Shown here: piece by piece, positions 17,453 through 25,431 of the stretch
Layout: each line of letters opens with the position of its first letter
Position numbering within the stretch: position 1 is the stretch's first letter
Source: an uncultured Clostridia bacterium
GTDB taxonomy: Bacteria; Bacillota; Clostridia; Oscillospirales; Acutalibacteraceae
Direction: 5' to 3'
Assembly: GCA_946183365.1 (NCBI GenBank)
Contig: CAMHAH010000016.1
Coordinates: forward strand, 84 to 64,083
Length of the DNA stretch: 64,000 nucleotides
Translations under genes and position numbers: made by a program
Notes under the pieces: model-generated
What the model was told of the DNA's origin: nothing
Databases searched by the model: none
What the model saw: only the letters and a program-made list of their open reading frames with translations

Positions 17453-18544
17453 ATGCGTAATCCTTTTATATCCGTATCGGAAACCGATAAAACTGAATAT
17501 ATAACGTCGCGCTGCTCATTGAACAGAGCTGTAGCGGCTAAGCTGCCGCTGTACGGCATAGAGGATGAGATCGAGGGAAAGAGCTTCCAGGAGATATTTT
17601 CTACTCCCGCGATCGTCGGCGAGATACGGAAGGTCTCCCGCAGATACGGTATAGATCTTTCCGATAAGACCGACAACAATCTGCCTAAGATACTGTCAGA
17701 GGGGCTTGTTTCGTCTGACGCGCGATTAAGACAGATGGCTGAGCGAGTGACAAAAAAGTTCGGCAACCGCTTAGGTCTTTTGCTGTTGACGCTCAAAACG
17801 GGTCTGCCTGAGAACAGGCTTGCCCGTGATGACTGGGATGACGACTGCTGGCGTTTTTGGAGCGACCTCGATACAATAATCCTGACCGGAGGTCTCGCGA
17901 GCTCCATGCTCGGCAGACGCTTCAAGGAGTATATACACTCTGTCTTTGACGCCTCCGGAGTAAAGCCGTATCATATCATGCTATTTGAAAACGGCAGATA
18001 CCTCGGAGTAATGGGACTTGCCCAGCGTCTTATGACCGATAACACCTCCGCTTTGGTGCTTGATATGGGACATACAGGTATCAAGCGCGCTCTGGTCAGA
18101 AAAAAAGGGGGAGAGTTAGCGGGCTTCACTCCGATGGAAAGCCTCCCGTCGCTTTATATGCAGAGCAGATTTGATAACGCCGACGACAGGCTCGATATGG
18201 CGATCGAACTTCACAGGCGTATAGTCAGTATAGCGGCGTCATCATACAGAGAGCTTTCGGCAAGCGAAGCTCTCAGCGACACGATATTGATAAGTATAGC
18301 GAATTACGTGCACGGAGGAGTACTGAACAGCTGCCGCGGAGGTTACGCCAAACTAAGTGAGCTCGGCACAAATTACGCGGTCGTGTTACAAGAGGATCTG
18401 TCAAGCGAGCTCCACAGAAATGTTCATGTGCGGCTCGTGCACGACAGCACAGCCGCTGCGGTCTATTTTGACGGTGTTGATAACTCTGTATGCGTTACTC
18501 TCGGTACAGCCTTCGGGGTAGGATTTCCCAACATCAGAATTTGA
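17453..18544 (+). CDS. ROK/ASKHA-fold sugar-kinase-like protein with motifs in a circularly permuted order
   Basis: The adenosine-type motif TIILTGGLAS (aa 141-150) precedes phosphate-1 LVLDMGHTGIK (aa 201-211), VHDSTAAAVY (aa 329-338) and phosphate-2 VTLGTAFGVG (aa 348-357). Weak RBS, so the start is uncertain. Confidence 0.6.
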   Translation: MRNPFISVSETDKTEYITSRCSLNRAVAAKLPLYGIEDEIEGKSFQEIFSTPAIVGEIRKVSRRYGIDLSDKTDNNLPKILSEGLVSSDARLRQMAERVTKKFGNRLGLLLLTLKTGLPENRLARDDWDDDCWRFWSDLDTIILTGGLASSMLGRRFKEYIHSVFDASGVKPYHIMLFENGRYLGVMGLAQRLMTDNTSALVLDMGHTGIKRALVRKKGGELAGFTPMESLPSLYMQSRFDNADDRLDMAIELHRRIVSIAASSYRELSASEALSDTILISIANYVHGGVLNSCRGGYAKLSELGTNYAVVLQEDLSSELHRNVHVRLVHDSTAAAVYFDGVDNSVCVTLGTAFGVGFPNIRI

Positions 18545-18551
18545 TATCTTT

Positions 18552-18590
18552 TGCAGAGGCAGAATTATATGCCTCTGCAATTTTATTTCC
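18552..18590 (+). terminator. Terminator after the ROK-like gene
   Basis: Stem TGCAGAGGC/GCCTCTGCA, followed by ATTTTATTT. Confidence 0.7.
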
Positions 18591-18794
18591 GTAACAGAAT
18601 ATTAAAGAATTTGATTTTGTGCAAAAAAATCCTTGCTTTGTCATTATCAACAAATAAGTGACAAAAAGATTGTGCAAAACAGCCTCTGTAAAAATCTAAA
18701 AATTCATTTATTTATTCATCTGATTATGATATAATGTCTTTAATTGGAATAGTATGTGTTCCATTAGTACGTTTTTTTAAAAGGAGAGGATTAC

Positions 18795-21700
18795 ATGAAA
18801 ATTCGTAGGATAATCTCTGTAGTTCTTGCCGTGCTGATGCTCGTGTCTATGTTTACTATGGCGGCTTCCGCCGCTGAGCAGGACATTGCCGAGACAGGCG
18901 CCGCAAACGCAAACTATTTAGAGAACTATGCTAAGGCTGCCGTCAATTCAGGTGAGAAGCTCGGCGCTGTTTACTCAAAGAGCTCTACCACCTTTAAGGT
19001 CTGGGCGCCTGAAGCGGAATCCGTTATGGTAAAGCTGTTTGCCACAGGTACCGACGCCGAGTCCGGCGCCGCCGTGCTCGGAACATCGGCTATGACCTAT
19101 AACAACTCTACAGGTATCTGGACGCTGACAAAGTCCGGCGACCTCAAGGATAAGTATTACACCTATCTGGTTTCCAGAAACGGCGTTGTAAAAGAGACAG
19201 TCGACCCCTACGCTAAGGCTGTAGGCGCTAACGGCGACCGCGGCATGATCGTAGATCTCGACTCTACCGACCCCGACGGTTGGGATAAGGACAATCATGT
19301 TCTGTTTGATAACCCCGGCGACGCTGTTGTCTGGGAAGTTCACGTTCGTGATTTCTCTATCGATGTTTCTTCCGGCGTCAGCGAGGCTAACCGCGGTAAG
19401 TACCTTGCGTTCACAGAGGGAAACACCACTGTAAACGGTCAGGGCAAGATCGCGTCCTGCGTTGACTATCTCGTTGAGCACAACGTTAACTGCGTACAGC
19501 TCATGCCTATCGAGGACTTCGCTTCTATCGATGAGACAGACGCTCGCGTAAACCGCAACTGGGGTTATGATCCCAAGAACTACAACGTTCCCGAGGGCTC
19601 TTATTCTTCCGATCCCTACAACGGCAACACCCGTATCACCGAGTTCAAGATGCTTGTTCAGGCTCTGCATGACCGCGGTATCTCTGTTGTAATGGACGTT
19701 GTTTATAACCACACTTTCGTTCGTGAGGGCTCGCCTTTCTCGAAGTGTGTACCTAAATACTACTATCGTATGTCCAATATGAACACCAACAAATACAACG
19801 ACGGCTCGGGTCTGGGCAATGTTCTTTCTACCGAGAAGGCTATGACCCGTCAGTTTGTACAGGATTCACTCGTATATTGGGCTACCGAGTATCATATCGA
19901 CGGCTTCCGTTTTGACCTTATGGGCTGCCACGATGTTCCCGCTGTAAAGGCTTGGAGAACCGCTCTTGACGCTGTTGACTCCCGTATCCTTATGTACGGC
20001 GAGCCTTGGGCCGGCGGCTCCGATAACGGTATCTCAAACGCTGTTTCAAAGTCCACCATGTCTCAGCTGACCAGAGTAGGCGCTTTCAACGAAGGTTACT
20101 CAGACGCTCTCAAGGGCAGCCACGAGACCGCTGCGGGTAAGGGCTTCCTCAACGGCGGCGCCGCTACCGAGATCTTGAAGGCAGCCGGCGGACAGGCGAG
20201 CGACTTCAGCGGCGCTAAGGTTGAGCAGTTCGTCAACTATACCGATAACCACGATAACTTCACATTATTCGATAAGATCCTTGCGGCTAACGGAACCTCA
20301 GGCTTCAAGACCGCTAAGGACGATCCCACACTTTATGATAAGAATAAGTCGATCGTAGACAATCCCAGCGCTCAGGTGCTCGGACAAATGAAGATCGGTC
20401 TGACTTCTTCGCTTACATCTCAGGGTATTCCTTTCACGGTTGCGGGTACTGAGTTTGCCCGTACAAAGTACGGCGATCAGAACTCTTACCGTTCACCTGA
20501 TAACATGAACGCTATCAACTGGAACCGCGCCGAGAAGTATGCTGATATAGCTAACTATTACGCAGGTCTCGTCGCTATCCGTAAGGCTGTATCCGCTTTC
20601 GGCGATACTACATCTAACGCTGTTTCTACTGTCTCCGGCGCTACCGCATGGCAGATCACAAACAACAAGAGCGGTCAGTGGAACAAGGTAATCGTTGCTC
20701 TTAACCCCACATCCTCCGCTAAGTCTATTACTTGCTCAGGTTCATGGACCGTTGTAGCTAACGGCACTAAAGCAGGCACGACCTCTTTAGGCACAGCTTC
20801 GGGCTCTTACAGCGTTCCCGCTTGGAGTAGCGTTGTACTTGTAGATTCGGCAAGCTTCGGCAATTACAGCCAGCCCGCTCTCGGTACCGCTTCTCTGACA
20901 GTTGAGCATTATACACGCGACAGCGCTTCCGGTTCTTACTCAAAGGCTCTCACCGAGACCGCTAAGTTTAAGGAAGGTCAGACATGGCGCGCTTCAAAGA
21001 ACCTTGCTATTCTGTTCGACCATGACTTTGACAGATTTGAGTCTACCGTAAGCGGCGCTACATTCGGTAAGGCTACCGCAGGTCAGAATATTACCGTTAA
21101 GTTCTATTATACCAGAAATATCGCTTCCGGTTATCTGACGGTCAACTTCCTGAACACATCAACAAACGCATCTGTCAAGACACCGATGAAGTATCGTCTG
21201 CGCAACGGCGCTTCTTATTCCGTTCCCGCTACTCCCGTACAGGGTTATGAGCTTGATACCTCTAAGTATCCGCCTAAGACCATCGGCGATTTTGACGCTT
21301 CTAATCCTCAGACCTTTAACTTCTATTACAAGCCTCTCGCTAACCAGACCACTAAGGTCCACTATTATAACACCGGCGGCTGGAGCTACGTAAACTGCTA
21401 TGCTTATGACGATCAGGGCAACGAGGCTCTCGGCGCTTGGGCTACTCAGTCTAAGAAGGATAGAATGACCGATGATCCCGATCAGGCTGACTCTAAGTGG
21501 CTTGTTAAGGATATACCTACCACAGCCTGCTATGTAATGTTCCATGACGCTACACATCAGGTTCCCGATCAGGGCGAGCCCGGCTACGCTGTCGCCGGCG
21601 AAGCTTGGATCAAGGACGGCGTTGTAACCTTCAGCTGCTCTGTAGTTACTTCTCATATCGACCTTGAGACCGGTGATGTTCTTTCCGCTGATGTTAAGAA

Positions 21701-22631
21701 GGATTACTCAAACGTAGGTTCAAACCAGGTTTACTCAACCTCAGCTAATACAACTCTCAACCGCAATTATATAGCTCCCGCTCTTGCAAGCGGCTTCTAT
21801 CAGCCCGGCGTTCTCAACGCTGTATATCTGTATACCGACTCTAAGCCCGTAACAGATAAGCTTATGTACGGCGATCTCGATCAGGACGGTATCGTTACCG
21901 TTATGGACGTAACCGTTTTACAGAGAGCTAATATCAAGATGATCACACTGAATGCCGATCAGAAGACGGTTGCCGACGTTAACGGTGACGGCTCTATCGA
22001 CTCTGTAGACGCTACCACTATCCAGCGTTACCTTGCTGAGATGAAGGTCAAGGGCTCTAAGGTAGGTCAGATAGTCGGTGAAACTCCTGTAGGCGAGCAT
22101 ACTTATGATGAGTTCCTCAATGCTTACAATAACCTCAACACTCTCTTCGCTAAGTATGCTTCCGATACATACGGTTCATATCCTGAGTATCAGGCAGCTT
22201 CCGCGGCGATCAATACCTATCGTTCAATAAGCCTCAATCCTTCTGCTGATCCCGATGAGGTTGACGCGGGTTATGACGCTTGCGTTAAGGCTTACAATGA
22301 CCTCTCTGCTGTTGAGATAGTTATTCCCGAACCTGAGAAGTCATTCCTGCTTACCGATAACTTCGGTTGGGGCACGGCTTATGTTTACGCTTGGGATGCC
22401 GACGGCAATCCTCTTGTAGGCGCATGGCCCGGCGCTGCTCAGGCTGAGACACAGGTCAATGATTATGGCGAGACACAGTTCAAGTGCTATGTTCCTAAGG
22501 GTGCTGTAGGCGTTATCCTTAACAACGGTAACGGCGCTCAGACAGAGGACATCACAGACTTCGATGTATCAGGTTACTGGATGGACGGTACTAAGAACGA
22601 TCTCGGACATTATATTGTAACCAGCTGGTAA
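18795..22631 (+). CDS. Secreted type I pullulanase (CBM48 + GH13_14-like) with beta-sandwich repeats, starch-binding-like modules and an internal dockerin
   Basis: Signal peptide. RNWGYDPKNYNVPEGSY pullulanase motif. GH13 regions VVMDVVYNHT, GFRFDLMG, YGEPW, YTDNHDN. Dockerin GDLDQDG...VNGDGSID. Confidence 0.9.
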   Translation: MKIRRIISVVLAVLMLVSMFTMAASAAEQDIAETGAANANYLENYAKAAVNSGEKLGAVYSKSSTTFKVWAPEAESVMVKLFATGTDAESGAAVLGTSAMTYNNSTGIWTLTKSGDLKDKYYTYLVSRNGVVKETVDPYAKAVGANGDRGMIVDLDSTDPDGWDKDNHVLFDNPGDAVVWEVHVRDFSIDVSSGVSEANRGKYLAFTEGNTTVNGQGKIASCVDYLVEHNVNCVQLMPIEDFASIDETDARVNRNWGYDPKNYNVPEGSYSSDPYNGNTRITEFKMLVQALHDRGISVVMDVVYNHTFVREGSPFSKCVPKYYYRMSNMNTNKYNDGSGLGNVLSTEKAMTRQFVQDSLVYWATEYHIDGFRFDLMGCHDVPAVKAWRTALDAVDSRILMYGEPWAGGSDNGISNAVSKSTMSQLTRVGAFNEGYSDALKGSHETAAGKGFLNGGAATEILKAAGGQASDFSGAKVEQFVNYTDNHDNFTLFDKILAANGTSGFKTAKDDPTLYDKNKSIVDNPSAQVLGQMKIGLTSSLTSQGIPFTVAGTEFARTKYGDQNSYRSPDNMNAINWNRAEKYADIANYYAGLVAIRKAVSAFGDTTSNAVSTVSGATAWQITNNKSGQWNKVIVALNPTSSAKSITCSGSWTVVANGTKAGTTSLGTASGSYSVPAWSSVVLVDSASFGNYSQPALGTASLTVEHYTRDSASGSYSKALTETAKFKEGQTWRASKNLAILFDHDFDRFESTVSGATFGKATAGQNITVKFYYTRNIASGYLTVNFLNTSTNASVKTPMKYRLRNGASYSVPATPVQGYELDTSKYPPKTIGDFDASNPQTFNFYYKPLANQTTKVHYYNTGGWSYVNCYAYDDQGNEALGAWATQSKKDRMTDDPDQADSKWLVKDIPTTACYVMFHDATHQVPDQGEPGYAVAGEAWIKDGVVTFSCSVVTSHIDLETGDVLSADVKKDYSNVGSNQVYSTSANTTLNRNYIAPALASGFYQPGVLNAVYLYTDSKPVTDKLMYGDLDQDGIVTVMDVTVLQRANIKMITLNADQKTVADVNGDGSIDSVDATTIQRYLAEMKVKGSKVGQIVGETPVGEHTYDEFLNAYNNLNTLFAKYASDTYGSYPEYQAASAAINTYRSISLNPSADPDEVDAGYDACVKAYNDLSAVEIVIPEPEKSFLLTDNFGWGTAYVYAWDADGNPLVGAWPGAAQAETQVNDYGETQFKCYVPKGAVGVILNNGNGAQTEDITDFDVSGYWMDGTKNDLGHYIVTSW
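21867..22044 (+). other. Dockerin module (internal) of the pullulanase
   Basis: Two Ca-binding repeats: GDLDQDGIVTVMDV and VNGDGSIDSVDA. Confidence 0.85.
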
Positions 22632-22693
22632 ATTAATGATTTGCTTTGAAAAAAGGGGAGCAGGCTTCGGTCTGCTCCCTGATTTTTATTTTC
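22344..22693 (+). repeat. C-terminal starch-binding-like module plus terminator, paralogous to 52197-52550
   Basis: By-eye alignment is collinear from TTCCTGCTTACCGATAAC through the stop codon and into the terminator. Confidence 0.85.
22655..22693 (+). terminator. Pullulanase terminator
   Basis: GGGAGCAG-GCTTCGGT-CTGCTCCC, followed by TGATTTTTATTTT. Confidence 0.85.
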
Positions 22694-22975
22694 ATGAAAC
22701 TGCTCGTTTGAGTAAAGAAGTAAGAATTATATGCCCGCTCAGTTTGCTGCTATGCGAGAGCGATAGCTATGCAAAATACACGCAAAGCGCGCTTTCTTGT
22801 AAGAAACTGCTTTTGATCGGTTATTTGATTTCTGTTCATTTCAGAGCATCAGATACATAATGACATGAATTTACTTTTTGTTTTTATATTCGGCATTATT
22901 ATTGAATTAGTTGTTTTACTGTGCTATAATTATATATAATTAATTTGTTGAATATATTGACCAAGAGGTGTTTAT

Positions 22976-24379
22976 ATGCAGATAATCAAATCAAAGAGCC
23001 AGAAAAACTGGGTCACTCTTTTATTTTCTATCATTCTGTTTATATCCGGTATTCTTTTGATCGTCCTTAACGATGATATCGTAGAAGTGATTTTTGTCGC
23101 GCTGATGGTTATTTTGCTTTTCGCGTACGGTTCAATTCGCTTTTTCCAGTGTTGGAAAACAAATGACTTCAAAAGCGGCGTGGGATCTATCATGCTCAGC
23201 TTCTCGGGCGGTCTTTTGCTTGTGATTTTATATAAGGGACTGTCTCATATCTCGTTTTTGCCGAGTATAATCGTGGGCGTCGTTTCTCTGGTTTTAGGAA
23301 TCATGCGTCTTCTGATTTTCATCAGTTGCTTAAAAAACAAGCTCAAAGGTACCGTTCGCAACGGTATATCCGCGCTATTGTGCATTTCTTTCGGTCTGTT
23401 ATTGATCATCAATCCTGTTAAGAATTTCGAACTGCTTACCATAATCGCCGGCTGCTATCTTATTTTTTACGCGATCACCAGCTTGTTTGATTATATTGCC
23501 GCTGTATCGAACTCCGATCTTGACGAGAACAGAACCGAACGCCGCCTGCATTTTGCGCTTCCTAATATCATAACGGCTTTGCAGCCGTCCCAGATGATAA
23601 AGGAAATAAACAAAGGCAGAGAAAACGGAGATATCGTCGGCGGTATGCTGATCGAGCAGAAGCCTGACGCAAAATATGACTCTGTAAATCTTGAGATCAT
23701 GGTGCACCTCACAACTAAGGGCGCTAATAAGTTCGGCCATATCGATCTCGCTATCAAAGACAAGGTATACTCATACGGTACATACGATACAAGTAAGGTA
23801 AAGCTGATGGGTTTTGTCGCTCAGGGTACCTTTGTCATCATACCTAAGATACCTTATCTGAAATATTGTCTTGATGTTCAGAAGAAGTATGTTATCGGCT
23901 TCGGCGCTCATCTTTCCGAGAAACAGCTCAAAGCCGTTCAGGATAATATTGAGGAACTGCTCAAAGATTGCGAGCCTTTCGAGAGCCTTTATGAACGGGC
24001 GATAAAGAAGGGAGAGGACGGTTCGAAATACGGCGATCCCGCCAGTGATATCGTCAGAGATCTCGGCGGTAAGGTATATACGGTTGTGAGCGGTCCGTTC
24101 AGAAGATACTTCGGTATCAATACCAACTGCGTCAAGGTAGCTGACAGTCTGCTCGCGAATTCCGGTATCGACAGATTGACGTTCAACGGTATCAGTACCC
24201 CGGGCGGATACTATTCAATGCTCGAGGGTATGTTCAGACGTAATAATACAAGAATAATCCGCAAGACTTCATATATCATCTCTGATGAAATAGATGATCT
24301 CGATGAGCTCAGAGAGCTCGCAAGACAGACCGCGGCTGAAATGAAGAAGAACAAAGTTGAGCCTGATAATAAGGGTTAA
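22976..24379 (+). CDS. Membrane protein: N-terminal multi-TM (DUF308/HdeD-like) region plus a cytoplasmic domain of about 270 aa and unknown function
   Basis: AAGAGGTG RBS. About five hydrophobic helices in the first 180 aa. Conserved-looking FGHIDLAI and NTNCVKVADS segments. Confidence 0.6.
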   Translation: MQIIKSKSQKNWVTLLFSIILFISGILLIVLNDDIVEVIFVALMVILLFAYGSIRFFQCWKTNDFKSGVGSIMLSFSGGLLLVILYKGLSHISFLPSIIVGVVSLVLGIMRLLIFISCLKNKLKGTVRNGISALLCISFGLLLIINPVKNFELLTIIAGCYLIFYAITSLFDYIAAVSNSDLDENRTERRLHFALPNIITALQPSQMIKEINKGRENGDIVGGMLIEQKPDAKYDSVNLEIMVHLTTKGANKFGHIDLAIKDKVYSYGTYDTSKVKLMGFVAQGTFVIIPKIPYLKYCLDVQKKYVIGFGAHLSEKQLKAVQDNIEELLKDCEPFESLYERAIKKGEDGSKYGDPASDIVRDLGGKVYTVVSGPFRRYFGINTNCVKVADSLLANSGIDRLTFNGISTPGGYYSMLEGMFRRNNTRIIRKTSYIISDEIDDLDELRELARQTAAEMKKNKVEPDNKG

Positions 24380-24387
24380 TATAATGG

Positions 24388-24416
24388 GGTGCAGATTTAT
24401 CTGCATCCTTTTTCAT
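24388..24416 (+). terminator. Terminator after the 467-aa membrane protein gene
   Basis: Stem TGCAGA/TCTGCA, followed by a T5 run. Confidence 0.55.
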
Positions 24417-24584
24417 TTGAATATTATGTGTTATTATGTGTTTTATACAATTACAGCTTGACTGAACGGCTTTGTTATAGTAAAATAAAACTAATAATAT
24501 GTATTTAATGAGTATAAATACATTTATCGCTGAGGGTTGCAGCATGGCAGACCACAACTCAATACGTTTTAGGAGGTTTGTCTT

Positions 24585-24809
24585 TTGGAAAACATGAAAA
24601 GAATTATCGGATTATTTCTTGTGATGTGTATGATGGTCTCGATTTCGGCTGTAGCTATCATACCGTCATCCGCGGCGTCAAGCGATCTTCAGCTCGCACA
24701 GGATACTGTCGATGGCGGCGCTGTAAGCGGTGATTATGCCGACAGCTTCAAGACTGTAATGAAGGCAATGTACAATTACTCACAGTCCGCAAAGGCTGTG
24801 TTGTCATAA
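24585..24809 (+). CDS. Small secreted hypothetical protein (about 71-74 aa)
   Basis: AGGAGG lies 8 nt before the TTG at 24585; an ATG alternative is at 24594. Signal peptide ...PSSAASS. Confidence 0.4.
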   Translation: MENMKRIIGLFLVMCMMVSISAVAIIPSSAASSDLQLAQDTVDGGAVSGDYADSFKTVMKAMYNYSQSAKAVLS

Positions 24810-24827
24810 TCCATTTTATCTGTTGAG

Positions 24828-24859
24828 CGGTCAGTCGTCGGTCGTCAGTCGGCTGACCG
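24828..24859 (+). other. Intercistronic stem-loop with no U-tract
   Basis: Stem CGGTCAG ... CTGACCG enclosing GTCGTC-type direct repeats. Confidence 0.4.
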
Positions 24860-24875
24860 TATATGGAGGTACTAT

Positions 24876-25394
24876 ATGAAAAAAATTTTACCTATTCTTT
24901 TTGTGATCGCGCTCCTCGCGGCTGTGCTCTGTGCCTGCGGTTCTGATAATAAGGGCGCTACACCGTCTGAGGCTTCTGAGACTGCGTCGGCTTCATCGGC
25001 AGCGGCTACCGAGAAAGCGGAATCTTCATCATCAAAATCAGGTTCCGATAAGGACAGCGGTTCACCGACTTCGTCCGTCGAAGAAGGTGAGATGCCGATC
25101 ATCGGCCCTGACGGTAAGAATGTTGATGTGGATAACGTTTCAGACAGCGGCACTAAATCTGAGAACAGCGGTTCTTCATCCGATAAGAAGAGCAACTCAT
25201 CCGGCTCGGGTTCATCTTCATCGAACTCAGGTTCATCCTCATCGGGTTCGGGATCTTCCTCGTCGGGTTCAGGATCTTCTTCATCGGGTTCGGGCTCCTC
25301 TTCGGGCGATAAGAGCAGTACTACAATCCCCGAGTGGGAGTCGATAGTTTCATCAAACGATTACGGTGACGAGCTGCCGTTCGTTCCGGCTTGA
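24876..25394 (+). CDS. Lipoprotein with a Ser/Gly-rich low-complexity repeat region
   Basis: GGAGG RBS. Signal peptide ending in the lipobox-like LCAC-G. (SGSGSSS)n encoded by 21-nt tandem repeats. Confidence 0.7.
   Translation: MKKILPILFVIALLAAVLCACGSDNKGATPSEASETASASSAAATEKAESSSSKSGSDKDSGSPTSSVEEGEMPIIGPDGKNVDVDNVSDSGTKSENSGSSSDKKSNSSGSGSSSSNSGSSSSGSGSSSSGSGSSSSGSGSSSGDKSSTTIPEWESIVSSNDYGDELPFVPA
25200..25304 (+). repeat. Five 21-nt tandem repeats encoding (SGSGSSS)n
   Basis: Units TCGGGTTCGGGATCTTCCTCG, TCGGGTTCAGGATCTTCTTCA and TCGGGTTCGGGCTCCTCTTCG, plus two degenerate copies upstream. Confidence 0.85.
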
Positions 25395-25431
25395 TTTTAC
25401 AGCAAATTCTCATTGATTTCGGAGGCATATT

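Noticed and set aside
18611-18690. Recurrent TGTGCAA(A/T) heptamers upstream of the pullulanase gene (two copies), glgB and ldh, considered as a shared regulator motif
   Set aside because: A 7-mer is expected several times by chance in 64 kb on two strands, and I only inspected intergenic DNA. Only the full palindrome at 11270-11282 is reported, and at low interest.
18975-19712. 245-aa minus-strand ORF (and 21159-21656) inside the pullulanase gene
   Set aside because: They lie antisense to a gene with clear GH13 motifs. I saw no start context and no recognisable motif. Such open antisense frames are typical of GC3-biased coding DNA.
22636-22860. 74-aa ORF immediately after the pullulanase stop
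   Set aside because: It reads straight through the strong terminator hairpin (22655-22693) and has no RBS.
24931-25347. 138-aa alternative-frame ORF, and the antisense ORF at 24872-25195, within the Ser/Gly-repeat lipoprotein gene
   Set aside because: Repetitive low-complexity DNA keeps several frames open. Only the frame starting at 24876 has an RBS, a signal peptide and a lipobox.
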